DNA from: an uncultured Actinomycetota bacterium
GTDB lineage: Bacteria > Actinomycetota > Actinomycetes > Actinomycetales > Dermatophilaceae
DNA: 64,000 nucleotides
Assembly (NCBI GenBank): GCA_963800435.1
Contig: CAWDBE010000008.1
Location: 397,839 to 461,838 of the forward strand
Direction: 5' to 3'
The translations under genes were made by a program, and so were the position numbers. This document shows, one piece after another, positions 1 through 10,362 of the stretch. The notes under the pieces are model-generated. The model worked only from the letters and a program-made list of their open reading frames with translations. It was not told where the DNA came from and made no database searches. The number at the start of each line of letters is the position of its first letter. Within the stretch, counting starts at the first letter, position 1.

Positions 1-1023
1 GGGACCGAGGCCGACAACCTCGCCGTCAAGGGCACCTACGCCGCCCGCCGGGCCGCTGACCCGCGCCGCACCCGGATCGTCACCAGCGGGTTCGAGCACC
101 ATGCCGTACTCGACCCGGTCGAGTACCTCGTCGAGGCGCAGGGGGCCTCGGTGACCTGGCTCGAGCCGGACCGCAACGGCCACGTGCACGTCGCCGACCT
201 CGCCGCGGCGATCGCCGAGGAGCCGGACTCGGTCGCCCTCGTCTCGGTCATGTGGGCCAACAACGAGGTGGGCACCGTCCAGCCCGTGGCGGCGCTCGCG
301 GCGCTCGCGCGCGAGCACGGCATCCCGTTCCACACCGACGCCGTCCAGGCCCTGCCGTCGCTGCCGGTCGACTTCGCCTCGAGCGGTGCCGACCTGCTCA
401 CCCTCACCGGGCACAAGATCGGCGGCCCCATCGGCGTCGGGGCCCTGCTCGCGCGCCGCGACGCCGCGCTGGTCCCGCTGGCGCATGGAGGTGGCCAGGA
501 ACGGCAGGTCCGCAGCGGCACGCTCGACACCCCGGCCATCGCCGCGCTCGCGGTCGCCGTCGAGCACACCGTCGAACACCGCGAGCTCGAGTCCAAGCGC
601 GTCGGGCTGCTGCGCGACCGGCTCGTCGAGGGCGCCCTCGACCTCGGTCTGGGCATCACCGTCTCCGGCTCGTGGGCCCCGGGCGACAACTCCAGCCGGG
701 TCGCGGGGAACGCCCACCTGCTCATCCGGGGGTGCGAGGGCGACTCGCTGCTCTATCTCCTCGATGCCGCAGGTGTCGAGTGCAGCACGGGGTCGGCGTG
801 CCAGGCGGGCGTCCCGCAGCCGAGCCACGTGCTGCTCGCCATGGGCTACACCGAGGCCGAGGCCCGCGGGGCCCTGCGGCTCACCTTGGGCCACACCTCG
901 ACCCAGGAGGACGTCGACGCGGCGCTCGCCGCGCTGCCCGGTGTCGTCGAGCGGGCCCGCCGTGCCTCGCGCCCGTCCCGGACGACCTCGTCCACATCGA
1001 CCCCGGCGCCGCGGAGCGCGTGA
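1..1023 (+). CDS. cysteine desulfurase (NifS/IscS-type, class V aminotransferase), 5' end outside window
   Basis: Frame 1 is open from base 1. The translation has the PLP-lysine region [17 protein letters not shown] and the active-site loop [10 protein letters not shown]. Stop TGA 1021-1023 overlaps the next start (ATGA). Confidence 0.88.
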   Translation, partial: GTEADNLAVKGTYAARRAADPRRTRIVTSGFEHHAVLDPVEYLVEAQGASVTWLEPDRNGHVHVADLAAAIAEEPDSVALVSVMWANNEVGTVQPVAALAALAREHGIPFHTDAVQALPSLPVDFASSGADLLTLTGHKIGGPIGVGALLARRDAALVPLAHGGGQERQVRSGTLDTPAIAALAVAVEHTVEHRELESKRVGLLRDRLVEGALDLGLGITVSGSWAPGDNSSRVAGNAHLLIRGCEGDSLLYLLDAAGVECSTGSACQAGVPQPSHVLLAMGYTEAEARGALRLTLGHTSTQEDVDAALAALPGVVERARRASRPSRTTSSTSTPAPRSA

Positions 1024-2120
1024 TGCGCGTCGTCGCCGCCATGAGCGGGGGCGTCGACTCGGCCGTCGCCGCCGCTCGCATGGTCGACGCCGGCCACGAG
1101 GTCGTCGGCGTCCACCTCGCGCTGTCGCGCTCCGCCGCCACCCTGCGCGAGGGCGCCCGCGGCTGCTGCACCCTGGAGGACGCCGGCGACGCCCGCCGGG
1201 TCGCCGACCGGCTGGGGATCCCGTTCTACGTGTGGGACTTCGCCGACCGGTTCGCGCAGGACGTCGTCGAGGACTTCGTCGCCGAGTATGCCGCGGGGCG
1301 GACCCCGAACCCGTGCCTGCGGTGCAACGAGCGGATCAAGTTCGCCGCCCTCCTGGACCGGGCCGTGGCGCTGGGCTTCGACGCGGTGGCGACGGGACAC
1401 TATGCCCGGGTGCTCGAGACCCCGGGCGGCGCTCGCGAGCTGCACCGCGCGACCGATTCCGCCAAGGACCAGTCCTACGTGCTCGGCGTGCTCGAGGCCG
1501 CCCAGCTCGCCGGTGCCGTGTTCCCGCTCGGCGACTCGGTCAAGCCCGACATCCGGGCCGAGGCGGAGCGGCGGGGGCTCGGCGTGGCCAGGAAGCCGGA
1601 CAGCCACGACGTGTGCTTCATCCCCGACGGCGACACCCGGGGCTTCCTGCGGGCCCGGCTGGGTGAGCGACCCGGTGAGGTCGTCGACCCCGCCGGGACG
1701 GTTCTGGGGTCGCACACCGGCACCTACGGGTTCACCGTCGGCCAGCGGCGTAACCTCGGCCTCGACCGCAGCTCCCTCGACGGTGCGCCACGCTTCGTCC
1801 TCGGCGTCGACGCCCCCGGCCGCAGGGTCGTCGTCGGGACCGGGGATCTCCTGGGCGTCGACGAGCTCACCGGAGTGCACCTGCGCTGGTGTGGTCCGGC
1901 CCCGGACGGCGAGGTGAGCGTCGGCGCGCAGGTCCGCGCGCACGGCGAGGAGGTGCCGGCCACGGCATACCTCGCCTCGGACGACGAGGTCAAGGTGCGG
2001 CTGGAGCGGGCCGTACGCGGGGTCGCGCCGGGTCAAGCGGTCGTCCTCTACGACGGGACCCGGGTCGTCGGCTCGGCGACGATCGCCGCGACGGCACGGT
2101 CCGCACCGCTCCCCGGCTGA
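1023..2120 (+). CDS. mnmA: tRNA 2-thiouridine(34) synthase MnmA
   Basis: PP-loop [12 protein letters not shown] and the [10 protein letters not shown] motif. ATG 1023 overlaps the upstream stop. Pairing with a cysteine desulfurase is typical. Confidence 0.92.
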   Translation: MRVVAAMSGGVDSAVAAARMVDAGHEVVGVHLALSRSAATLREGARGCCTLEDAGDARRVADRLGIPFYVWDFADRFAQDVVEDFVAEYAAGRTPNPCLRCNERIKFAALLDRAVALGFDAVATGHYARVLETPGGARELHRATDSAKDQSYVLGVLEAAQLAGAVFPLGDSVKPDIRAEAERRGLGVARKPDSHDVCFIPDGDTRGFLRARLGERPGEVVDPAGTVLGSHTGTYGFTVGQRRNLGLDRSSLDGAPRFVLGVDAPGRRVVVGTGDLLGVDELTGVHLRWCGPAPDGEVSVGAQVRAHGEEVPATAYLASDDEVKVRLERAVRGVAPGQAVVLYDGTRVVGSATIAATARSAPLPG

Positions 2121-2208
2121 GGCGAGCCGACCGCCGTCGCCGCGGTGCGCCTGGCAAGGTGTACGTGGGCCATCGGGTCCGCGCACCGCATCGAGAGAGG
2201 CCACCGTC

Positions 2209-2970
2209 GTGAGCACCCCCCGCGTCCTGGCCGTCGTGCCCGCCCGCGGCGGGTCAAAGGGCCTGCCCGGCAAGAACGTCCGGCTCCTTGCCGGGCTGCC
2301 GCTCATCGCCCACTCGATCGCCGCGGCGGCCCTCATGCCGTCGGTCACCCGGTGCGTGGTGACCACCGACTCCGCCGAGATCGCCGCCGTCGCGCGGGCC
2401 CACGGGGGTGACGTGCCGTTCCTGCGGCCGGCCGAGCTCGCGGGGGACGACACCCCCATGGCGCCGGTGCTCCGGCACGCGCTGGCGAGCGTCGAGGAGC
2501 AGGAGGGCGCGGCATACGACCTGGTCGTCCTGCTCGACCCGACGAGTCCGGGGCGCGACCCGGACCGCGTCGAGGACGCGGTCGCGGGCCTGCTCGACGA
2601 CGGGTCCCTCGACGGAGTCGTCAGCGTGTCCGAGCCGACGTTCAACCCGCTGTGGGTCGGCGTGCGCGAGCGGCGCGAGGACCCGGGGGTGCTCGAACGC
2701 TACTTCGCGGAGGGCGAGGACATCACCCGCCGTCAGGACGCCCCGCGCTACCTACGGATCAACGGTGGTTTCTACGTGTGGCGGGCCGAGTTCGTCCGGC
2801 GTCTCGAGACCTCGTGGTTCGACGAGGGTCGGCACGCGATGGTCGAGGTTCCCGAGGTCCGGGCGTTCTCCATCGACGACGAGTACGAGCTCCGGCTGCT
2901 CCAGGCGGTCATCGACGCGGGCCTGGTGTACCTGCCGTGGCTTCGGACACCACCGGGGGAGGCGACATGA
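2209..2970 (+). CDS. acylneuraminate/CMP-sugar cytidylyltransferase family protein (NeuA/PtmB-like)
   Basis: The N-terminus VVPARGGSKGLPGKNV is the hallmark of the CMP-NeuAc/CMP-KDO synthetase-like fold. GTG start. 4-nt overlap with the next gene. Confidence 0.75.
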   Translation: MSTPRVLAVVPARGGSKGLPGKNVRLLAGLPLIAHSIAAAALMPSVTRCVVTTDSAEIAAVARAHGGDVPFLRPAELAGDDTPMAPVLRHALASVEEQEGAAYDLVVLLDPTSPGRDPDRVEDAVAGLLDDGSLDGVVSVSEPTFNPLWVGVRERREDPGVLERYFAEGEDITRRQDAPRYLRINGGFYVWRAEFVRRLETSWFDEGRHAMVEVPEVRAFSIDDEYELRLLQAVIDAGLVYLPWLRTPPGEAT

Positions 2971-3938
2971 GCGCCGCCCGGGTGCTCGTCCGCGGCGGGG
3001 GGTCCATCGGGACGCGGCAGGCCGAGGTGTTCGCCTCGCTCGGCTGCGATGTGGCGCTGTGGCCGGTCCGCCCTGGGCGCGAGGGCCCAGCCGGGGCACG
3101 GGTCGTGACCGACTCCGGTGGCGTGGCGGAGGCGGGCGCGGCCGACCTCGTCGTCGTCGCCACGGATACCGCCCGGCACGTGGCCGACGCCCTGGTGCTC
3201 CTCGAGGCCGGCGCGGCCAGGCTGCTCGTCGAGAAGCCCGTCGCACCGACGGCGGCCGACGTGGCGGTACTGGTGGGCCACCCGCGGGCCGGGGACGTCG
3301 TGGTCGCCGCTCCGCTGCGGGCGCACGATGCATTCGCCGTGGTCGCCGCTTGGGTGCACGACGGCCCACGGCCCAGCCACGCCGCGGCCTGGTGCCAGTC
3401 GTGGTTGCCCGACTGGCGTCCTGGGCGCGACTACCGCGAGAGCTACTCAGCGCGCCCCGACGAGGGAGGGGTTCTCAGGGATCTGGTCCACGAGCTCGAC
3501 TACCTCTGCCTGCTGCTCGGTGAGCCCTCTCGGGTCTCGGCGCGTCTGCGGAGAGACGGCCCACTCGACATCGACGCCGAGCAGGCGGCGACCCTGTTGT
3601 GGGACGCCGGTACCACGACGGTGCAGGCTCGGCTCGACTACGTCACCCGTCCCGCGCGGCGGGGCCTGCTGCTGAGTGGGGCCGACGGCAGCATCTCGTG
3701 GGACGTCCTCGACGCCACGGTCACCACGGCGTCCGCGGGCGGGCAGACGCACGTCCGCCGGTTCGCCGGCGACCTCGACCGCATGTCGGTGATGCGCCGC
3801 CAGGCGGCCGCTGCTCTCGCCGAGGAGCCGGGAGCCCCCGGCCGACCCGCCCCGGCGTCCCTCGCCGACGGCGTGCGGGTCGTCGCTCTCGCCGACGCCG
3901 CCCGCGCCTGCGCGGCGGCCGCACCACGACAGGAGTGA
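2967..3938 (+). CDS. Gfo/Idh/MocA-like oxidoreductase
   Basis: ATG 2967 overlaps the upstream stop. There is an N-terminal Rossmann-like segment, an EKP motif (LLVEKPVA) and a C-terminal alpha/beta domain. Confidence 0.6.
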   Translation: MSAARVLVRGGGSIGTRQAEVFASLGCDVALWPVRPGREGPAGARVVTDSGGVAEAGAADLVVVATDTARHVADALVLLEAGAARLLVEKPVAPTAADVAVLVGHPRAGDVVVAAPLRAHDAFAVVAAWVHDGPRPSHAAAWCQSWLPDWRPGRDYRESYSARPDEGGVLRDLVHELDYLCLLLGEPSRVSARLRRDGPLDIDAEQAATLLWDAGTTTVQARLDYVTRPARRGLLLSGADGSISWDVLDATVTTASAGGQTHVRRFAGDLDRMSVMRRQAAAALAEEPGAPGRPAPASLADGVRVVALADAARACAAAAPRQE

Positions 3939-3943
3939 GCAGG

Positions 3944-4726
3944 ATGGACACTTCGCTCGACGGCCGCACGGCCCTGGTCACCGGTGGCGCCGGCCCGTTG
4001 GGCAGTGTCCTCGGCGCCACGCTCGCCGAGGAGGGGGCCCGGGTGGTCGTCGTCGACCGTGACACCGACGCCGTCGACCGGTGCGTCTCCGGCCTTCCCG
4101 GCGCGGACCGCCGGCACGTCGGCGTGGTAGCCGACCTCATGTCGGGCGAGGGCCTGGACCGGGTCGAGGCCGTGGTCACCGGCCTCGGCGAGCTGGACGT
4201 GCTCGTCCACAACGCGGCCTTCACCGGGACCAGCGGCGTGCCGGGGTATGCCGTGCCCTTCGACGAGCAGAGCGACGAGGCCTTCGCGATGGCGACCTGG
4301 CTCAACCTCACGGTGCCCTTCTCGCTGACCCGCCGCATGCGCCCGCTGCTGGCGGCGTCGGGCCACGGCTCGGTCGTGTCGGTGTCCTCGATCTACGGTC
4401 TCGTCGGCCCCAACATGGGGCTGTACGCGGGCACGACGATGGGCAACCCCGCGGCGTATGCCGCGACCAAGGGTGGGCTCACGCAGCTCACGCGCTACCT
4501 CGCGACAGTGCTCGCTCCGGACATCCGGGTCAACGCCTTCGCCCCGGGCGGCATAGAGCGGGGCCAGGACGGGGCGTTCATCGAGCGCTACACCCGGCTT
4601 ACGCCGCTCGCCCGGATGGGCCGAGAGTCCGACCTCCGCGGGGTGCTGGCGTTCCTCGCGGGAGACGCGTCGGCCTACGTCACGGGCCAGGTCATCGCGG
4701 TCGACGGCGGGTGGACCGCCTGGTGA
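3944..4726 (+). CDS. SDR family oxidoreductase (PtmA-like)
   Basis: TGGAGPLGS dinucleotide motif and YAATKGG (YxxxK) catalytic motif. ATG 3944 lies 6 nt after the upstream stop. Confidence 0.8.
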   Translation: MDTSLDGRTALVTGGAGPLGSVLGATLAEEGARVVVVDRDTDAVDRCVSGLPGADRRHVGVVADLMSGEGLDRVEAVVTGLGELDVLVHNAAFTGTSGVPGYAVPFDEQSDEAFAMATWLNLTVPFSLTRRMRPLLAASGHGSVVSVSSIYGLVGPNMGLYAGTTMGNPAAYAATKGGLTQLTRYLATVLAPDIRVNAFAPGGIERGQDGAFIERYTRLTPLARMGRESDLRGVLAFLAGDASAYVTGQVIAVDGGWTAW

Positions 4727-4745
4727 CGGGGGTTCGGCCGACGGT

Positions 4746-6167
4746 TCACGGCTCCAGCACGCTCGCGAGGCACCGCGCCGCTGCGTCGGCCTGGGTCTCG
4801 GGCAGCCCGGCGTAGCAGAGGACCAGCCCCGAGAGGTCGCGGTCGACGCAGTACGCCGACAGCGGGCTCGCGGCCAGTCCCGCGCTCAGCAGCGCCCCGG
4901 TCACCACGAGGTCGTCGGTCTCCTCGGGCAGCCGCAGCACGACGTGCAGGCCCGCGTCGACCCCCACGAGCGCGAGGCCGGGCAGGTGCTGGGCCAGGGC
5001 GGAGACGAGGGCGGCGCGGCGGGCGGCATACGTGCGGGCGGCGCGGGCGTGGTGGGCCGCCATGGCGCCGGACCCGACGAACTCGGCCAGCGCGGCGCCG
5101 GTGGCCTCGTTGACGACGAGGCCGCGCAACTCGAGGGCGACCCGCAGGCTGTCCCGCAGGTGGGGCGGCGCGACGACCCAGGCGACCCGCAGGCTGGGGG
5201 CGAGGACCTTCGAGCTCGTGCCGATGTAGACGACGTGGTCGGCGGCGTCGGGCAGCGCGCGCAGCGCCGGCAGCGGCGACACGTCGTAGCGGAACTCGCC
5301 GTCGTAGTCGTCCTCGACGACCGTTGCGCCGCTCCGGCGGGCCCACGCCACGAGCTCGGCCCGGCGGCCGACCGGCATCCGCCCTCCGAGGGGGTACTGG
5401 TGGGACGGCGTGACATAGACCGCGGCGTCGTCGTCGCGCAGGGTGGCGGGGTCGAGCCCGTCGTCGTCGACCGGCACCGTCCGCACCCGGACCCCGGAGT
5501 CGGCGAAGGCCGTGACGGCCTCGACGTAGCCCGGGTCCTCGAGCACGGCGGACCGGCCGAGCAGCCCCAGGGCGTCCGGGAGGGCCCACAGCGACGCGGC
5601 GACCCCGGGCACGACGAGGAGGTCCTCGGGGGCCAGGGGTATGCCGCGTGAGCGCCGCAGGTGGTCGGCGAGCACGGCCCGCAGCCGGGTGTGCGGGGGC
5701 CCCGCGCCCGCGTCGTTGCCCGGCACGACTGTCGCTGCCGCCCGCCAGGCCCGCCGCCACGCGGCGGGGTCGATGAGCGTGGTGTCGGGGCGCCCCGGGC
5801 GCAGGTCCCACCGCGGGGGGGTCGGCGCGGCCGCGACCGCCTCGGGACCTCTCGTCCCCGCAGGCCGGACATGGCTGGCCGCCCCGGCCGCCGCGGCGAG
5901 GTCGGCCTCGGGCGCGACGACGGCTCCGGAGCCGGTCCGGGTGAGGATGTACCCCGCCGCGAGCAGCTCGTCGTACGCGGCGACGACCGGTCCACGGGAG
6001 ATGCCCAGCGAGGTCGCCAGGGCGCGCGTCGAGGGCAGCCGGTCGCCGGGACGCAGCCGCCCGTCCCGGAGCTCGGCGACGAGCGCGTCGGCGATCCGGT
6101 GGCGCAGCGGGGCCGCGCCGTCGAGGAGGCGCAGGACGAGGGTGGACACCGCAGCGGTTCGGGCCAT
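4746..6167 (-). CDS. MocR/PdxR-like GntR-family regulator with fused aminotransferase domain
   Basis: N-terminal wHTH LPSTRALATSLGISRGPVVAAYDEL, followed by a fold-type I aminotransferase domain with SSKVLAPSLRVAW (PLP lysine). Confidence 0.85.
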   Translation of the reverse strand: MARTAAVSTLVLRLLDGAAPLRHRIADALVAELRDGRLRPGDRLPSTRALATSLGISRGPVVAAYDELLAAGYILTRTGSGAVVAPEADLAAAAGAASHVRPAGTRGPEAVAAAPTPPRWDLRPGRPDTTLIDPAAWRRAWRAAATVVPGNDAGAGPPHTRLRAVLADHLRRSRGIPLAPEDLLVVPGVAASLWALPDALGLLGRSAVLEDPGYVEAVTAFADSGVRVRTVPVDDDGLDPATLRDDDAAVYVTPSHQYPLGGRMPVGRRAELVAWARRSGATVVEDDYDGEFRYDVSPLPALRALPDAADHVVYIGTSSKVLAPSLRVAWVVAPPHLRDSLRVALELRGLVVNEATGAALAEFVGSGAMAAHHARAARTYAARRAALVSALAQHLPGLALVGVDAGLHVVLRLPEETDDLVVTGALLSAGLAASPLSAYCVDRDLSGLVLCYAGLPETQADAAARCLASVLEP

Positions 6168-6294
6168 CTGCGCACCATACTGGTCCTGCGTTCGATAGGC
6201 ATTGCGGACCTTGGCCAGAGGCCAGTATTGGCCTTGACTGGTCGCACGACCTCACCGCCCGGCACTGCCGGGCCCGACCGGAGAAGGACCCCCC

Positions 6295-7200
6295 GTGCTC
6301 GACCTGCGCCCGTCGTGCGAGTGCTGCGACACCGACCTGCCCCCGGGGTCGCCGGAGGCCCGGATCTGCTCGTTCGAGTGCACGTTCTGCGCCGACTGCG
6401 TCGACGGGCACCTGGGCGGGGTCTGCCCCGGCTGCGGCGGCGGGTTCGTACCGCGTCCGGTGCGGCCGCCGGCCGAGCTGGCCCGCCACCCCGCCTCGAC
6501 CGTGCGCGTCGTCTCGCAGACCCCCTGCCCGGGACGTCGGCAGCCGACCCACCCGGCCCCGCTCCTCCCGGTGAGCCGGCACCCGGAGCGGGCCCTCGCC
6601 CAGCGGGACGCCCTGGACCACCTGCTCGACGACGTCCTGGCGGGCACCCTGTCGGTCAGCGTCGACGGGCGTGCGGTGGTGGTCCCGATCCTGTTCGCCC
6701 GCGACGGCGACCGGGTCATCGTCCACGGCTCCACCGGCGCCGGGGTGCTCCGGCACCTGGCCGGCGGCGCGCCCGTCGTGCTCTGCGTCTTCGCGCTCGA
6801 CGGCCTCGTCGTGGCGCACTCGACCTTCGAGTCGTCGGCGAACTACCGTTCGGCCGTGCTGCAGGGCGTGGCCGAGGTGCTGGGCGGCGATGCCAGGACC
6901 ACCGCACTCGAGCGGTTCTCCGACCGGCTGCTGCCCGGGCGCACGGGCGAGGTCCAGCCCACGACGGCCAAGGAGCGGGCGGCGACGCTGACCCTCGCCC
7001 TGCCGATCGCCGACGGCCAGTGGGTCCTCAAGACGCGCACCGGCCAGGCCGACCCGCCAGAGGGCCCGACCGACGCGTGGTGCGGCGTCGTCCCGCTGCA
7101 TACGGTCGCCGGGCCGCTGCAGCCCGCTCCGTGGACCTCGCCGGGCACGCCCGTCCCCGCCTCGGTCCGGGCGGTCGTGGACCGGAGGTCGATGCCGTGA
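6295..7200 (+). CDS. DUF1272 (Cys-rich) domain fused to pyridoxamine 5'-phosphate oxidase-like FMN-binding domain
   Basis: N-terminal LDLRPSCECCDTDLPPGSPEARICSFECTFCADCV...CPGCGG matches my recollection of DUF1272. The C-terminal half (VPILFARDGDRVIVHGS...NYRSAVLQG) looks like the PNPOx split-barrel. It is divergent from the MocR gene. Confidence 0.65.
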   Translation: MLDLRPSCECCDTDLPPGSPEARICSFECTFCADCVDGHLGGVCPGCGGGFVPRPVRPPAELARHPASTVRVVSQTPCPGRRQPTHPAPLLPVSRHPERALAQRDALDHLLDDVLAGTLSVSVDGRAVVVPILFARDGDRVIVHGSTGAGVLRHLAGGAPVVLCVFALDGLVVAHSTFESSANYRSAVLQGVAEVLGGDARTTALERFSDRLLPGRTGEVQPTTAKERAATLTLALPIADGQWVLKTRTGQADPPEGPTDAWCGVVPLHTVAGPLQPAPWTSPGTPVPASVRAVVDRRSMP

Positions 7201-8261
7201 CGGCGGCGGGGGAGCCGGGCGGCGGAGCGCCCGGTGTCAGCGGGGCGGCATACGCTGCCGTGGTGGACAAGGCCGAGGTGACCCGGGCCAGCGGCGTCGG
7301 GGGCTGGCCCGGCACCGACGTCCGCGAGGCCGTCGTCACCGTGCGCGACCTGCTCGGCGCCGACCACGGACTGCCCTACCTGCCCGAGCTGCCGGCCCGC
7401 GGGCCGGGCGCCGACATGATCGGCCGGGCCGCCGGCCTGCTCGTCGAGATGCCCGTCGACCTCCAGCCGTCGGGGTGGCGGTTCGTCGACCGGCCCGGGC
7501 GCGATGCCGCGCGCACCGGCGCGTTCCTGCGCGAGGACCTCGACGTCGCCGCCGAGGCCTACGACGGCTACCGCGGAGAGCTCAAGGTGCAGGTCACCGG
7601 TCCGTGGACCCTCGCGGCCTCCGTCGAGCTCAACCGCGGCGAGCGGGCCATCGTCGACGAGGGCGCCGCCCGCGACCTCGTCGACTCCCTCGCCGACGGT
7701 GTCGCCGGGTATGTCGCCGACGTGCGCCGGCTGGTGCCGGGGGCCCGGGTCGTCCTCCAGGTCGACGAGCCGTCCCTGCCCGCGGTGCTGGGTGGGACCC
7801 TGCCGACCGCGTCGGGCTACGGACGGATCCGGGCCGTCGACCGCCAGGTCGTCGCTCGCGGTATCCAGACCGTCCTCGCCGGCCACGACGGACCCACCGT
7901 CGTCCACTGCTGCGCCGCCACCGCCCCCCTGCCGCTGCTGCGCGCGACCGGCGCCGGCGCGGTCTCGGTCGACCTCACCGATGCCACGCCCGCGCGGTGG
8001 GAGTCGGTGGCCGCCACCCTCGAGGAGGGTGTCGACCTCTATGCCGGGGTGCTCCCCAGCGATGGCACGGGCAGCCGGGACCGTGCGGTCCGCTCCGTGA
8101 TCGAGGGTCTCGACCGCGCCGGACTGGACGCCACGTGGCTCGCCCACGTCGTCATCACCCCCACCTGCGGGCTGGCCGGGCTCACAGCGTCGGGGGCCCA
8201 GGACGTTCACCGGATGGCGCTGGACGTGGCGCGCGAGCTGACCGAGAGGGCGGAGGGCTGA
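7197..8261 (+). CDS. cobalamin-independent methionine synthase (MetE C-terminal)-like family protein
   Basis: VGGWPGTDV near the N-terminus, VLQVDEPSL, HCCA and ITPTCGLAG motifs. The start is uncertain: GTG 7197 overlaps the upstream stop, and GTG 7278 is an alternative. Confidence 0.7.
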   Translation: MTAAGEPGGGAPGVSGAAYAAVVDKAEVTRASGVGGWPGTDVREAVVTVRDLLGADHGLPYLPELPARGPGADMIGRAAGLLVEMPVDLQPSGWRFVDRPGRDAARTGAFLREDLDVAAEAYDGYRGELKVQVTGPWTLAASVELNRGERAIVDEGAARDLVDSLADGVAGYVADVRRLVPGARVVLQVDEPSLPAVLGGTLPTASGYGRIRAVDRQVVARGIQTVLAGHDGPTVVHCCAATAPLPLLRATGAGAVSVDLTDATPARWESVAATLEEGVDLYAGVLPSDGTGSRDRAVRSVIEGLDRAGLDATWLAHVVITPTCGLAGLTASGAQDVHRMALDVARELTERAEG

Positions 8262-8262
8262 G

Positions 8263-9228
8263 ATGGCCGCGGTGACGACGACCGCACCGGTGGTGCGATC
8301 GCCCCGGGTGGCCTGGCCGGTCAAGTACCTCGCGCTCGTCCTCATCTGGGGGTCGAGCTTCCTGCTGATGAAGGTCGGGCTCGAGGCGCTGGGGCCGCTG
8401 CAGATCTCGGGGCTGCGGATCCTCACCGGCGCGGCGGTGCTGCTCCTCCTGCTGCTCGGGCGCGGCGGGTCGCTGCCCCGCGACCGCCGGGTGTGGGGGC
8501 ACCTGCTCGTGTGCGGGTTCTTCCTCGCGGCGCTGCCGTTCACCCTCTTCGCGGCGTCCGAGACCCGGGTCGCCTCGGCCCTCGCCGGGATCGGCAACGC
8601 GACGACCCCCATCGCGACGGTGCTGGCGACGCTGTTCCTCCTGCCGGGGGAGCGCGCCACCGGGCGGCGGCTGGTGGCGGTGGCCGTCGGGTTCGCCGGC
8701 GTCGTGACCATCATGCAGCCGTGGACCACCGACCGGCCCGACCTCGTCGGGTTCACGATGGCCCTCACGGGCGGCGCGAGCTATGGGATCGGCTGGACGT
8801 ACAACCGCCGGTTCCTCGCCCACGCCGACCTCGGCGGGCTGTCGCAGCCGGCAGCGACGCTGAGCGTGGGGCTGCTCCTCATGGTGCCGATCGAGCTCGG
8901 CTGGGCGCTGCTCCAGCCGGCCGGGCTGCCCGCTCTGTGGGCCTACCACCCGACGGGCACCGGCCTGCATCGCTGGCTGCCGCTCGCCTGCATCCTCGTC
9001 CTCGGCCTCGTCGGGACCGGGTTCGCCTACATGCTCCAGTTCGACGTCGTACGCGGCGCCGGGCCGATGGTCGGCTCGACGATCACCTACCTCATCCCGG
9101 TCGTCTCGGTGGTGCTCGGCGTCCTCGTCCTCGGCGAGCGGCTCGGCTGGGCCGAGCTCGTCGGCTTCGCGGTCGTCCTGGGGGCGGCCCTGGTCATCAA
9201 CACCCGCCGGGCCCCCGCGCGACGATGA
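8263..9228 (+). CDS. DMT (EamA-like) family transporter
   Basis: About 10 hydrophobic segments, two EamA-like halves, and a WGSSFLLMK motif. Confidence 0.8.
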   Translation: MAAVTTTAPVVRSPRVAWPVKYLALVLIWGSSFLLMKVGLEALGPLQISGLRILTGAAVLLLLLLGRGGSLPRDRRVWGHLLVCGFFLAALPFTLFAASETRVASALAGIGNATTPIATVLATLFLLPGERATGRRLVAVAVGFAGVVTIMQPWTTDRPDLVGFTMALTGGASYGIGWTYNRRFLAHADLGGLSQPAATLSVGLLLMVPIELGWALLQPAGLPALWAYHPTGTGLHRWLPLACILVLGLVGTGFAYMLQFDVVRGAGPMVGSTITYLIPVVSVVLGVLVLGERLGWAELVGFAVVLGAALVINTRRAPARR

Positions 9229-9256
9229 CAGCCGCGACCGGCCCGAGGCGAGTCGG

Positions 9257-10321
9257 TCAGGCCGGGCGGGCACCACCGAGGAAGTCGAGCCAGACGGCGC
9301 TCCAGGCCTGGGTCGCGTCGATGAACGGCGCATGGCCCGAGCCCTCGAAGATCTCGCTGCGGACCCGTCCGCCGGCCGCCTCGTACCGGGAGAGGACTTC
9401 TCGGATCTGGGTCACCATCGGCTGTGACGGCACCATGTCGGGTCCGGGCCACCCCGGGACCACCCCGGCGGCGCCCAGCGTCGCCATGTCCCACGCCGAG
9501 GCGTCGGAGATCACGACGTCCGCCCCGCCATGGGTCCACAGCACCGGCGGCTTCGGGTCGAGGTCGACGATCGCGGCCCAGTTGCAGTACTTCGGTGACA
9601 GGGCGTTGAGGATGCCTCTGGTGCCGGGTGCGACGCCGGGCCAGTGGGGCGAGGGCACCGAGTCGCCCGGGTAGCCGTCGTCTCCGGTGACGCTCAGCAG
9701 CACCTCGTCGACGAGGACGTCCTCGCGTTCGCGAGGCACCGTGTGCGAGGTCGCCCAGTACGACGCGCGCATGATGTTGCGCGGCGAGAACGGGCTGTCC
9801 ACGCCGCGGTCTCCGTCGCGGACCGCGGCCGCGAAGTCCGGCGACCCCACGCCGCCGCCGGATCCCGCCCAGTCCTCGAAGCACGCGGTGCCGTCCGCGC
9901 GGACGCCGCCGAAGCCGAACGGAGAGACCGGGTCGACATACGTCAGCGACGCGACATCGCCGTGGTCGAGCGCGTACGAGCTGATGGCCGCACCCCCGGT
10001 GGACCAGCCGAGCAGGTGCGCCGGGCGTCCGGCCAGCCCGAGGGCCTCCAGGAGCGAGCGCACGTCGTCGGACCAGTCGCGCAGCCCGCGGGTGGCGTCG
10101 ATCGGCCGCGGCTCGCTGCGGCCGAAGCCGCGCATGTCCGGCGCGATCACCCGGTAGCCGTCGGGCACGAGGGGCATCAGGTGCTCGAAGAACCGTCCCG
10201 TCGACAGGTTCCCGTGGACCAGGACGACGAGCTCGCCGTCCTCGGGACCGGAGCCGAACCAGTGCATCTGCAGGCGTGCGGTGTCCGTCGTGTGGGCGGT
10301 GACGCCCGGGGTGAGCTGCAT
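9257..10321 (-). CDS. alpha/beta hydrolase
   Basis: HG oxyanion region (VLVHGN) and nucleophile elbow GWSTGG. Confidence 0.8.
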   Translation of the reverse strand: MQLTPGVTAHTTDTARLQMHWFGSGPEDGELVVLVHGNLSTGRFFEHLMPLVPDGYRVIAPDMRGFGRSEPRPIDATRGLRDWSDDVRSLLEALGLAGRPAHLLGWSTGGAAISSYALDHGDVASLTYVDPVSPFGFGGVRADGTACFEDWAGSGGGVGSPDFAAAVRDGDRGVDSPFSPRNIMRASYWATSHTVPREREDVLVDEVLLSVTGDDGYPGDSVPSPHWPGVAPGTRGILNALSPKYCNWAAIVDLDPKPPVLWTHGGADVVISDASAWDMATLGAAGVVPGWPGPDMVPSQPMVTQIREVLSRYEAAGGRVRSEIFEGSGHAPFIDATQAWSAVWLDFLGGARPA

Positions 10322-10362
10322 GCCGACTCCCTCCTCGCGGGCGGCTGGTGGCGGGTCCGTCG

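Noticed and set aside
846-2645. Very long alternative-frame and antisense ORFs throughout the track (for example 846-2645 minus, 4675-7101 minus, 14888-17830 minus, 14563-16461 plus, 30588-32660 minus, 45902-48298 minus, 49308-51674 minus, 59272-61182 plus).
   Set aside because: Their translations are Arg/Pro/Gly/Ala-rich with no recognisable motifs, and they lie opposite or out of frame to genes with clear family signatures. This is the typical open-frame artefact of DNA above 70% GC.
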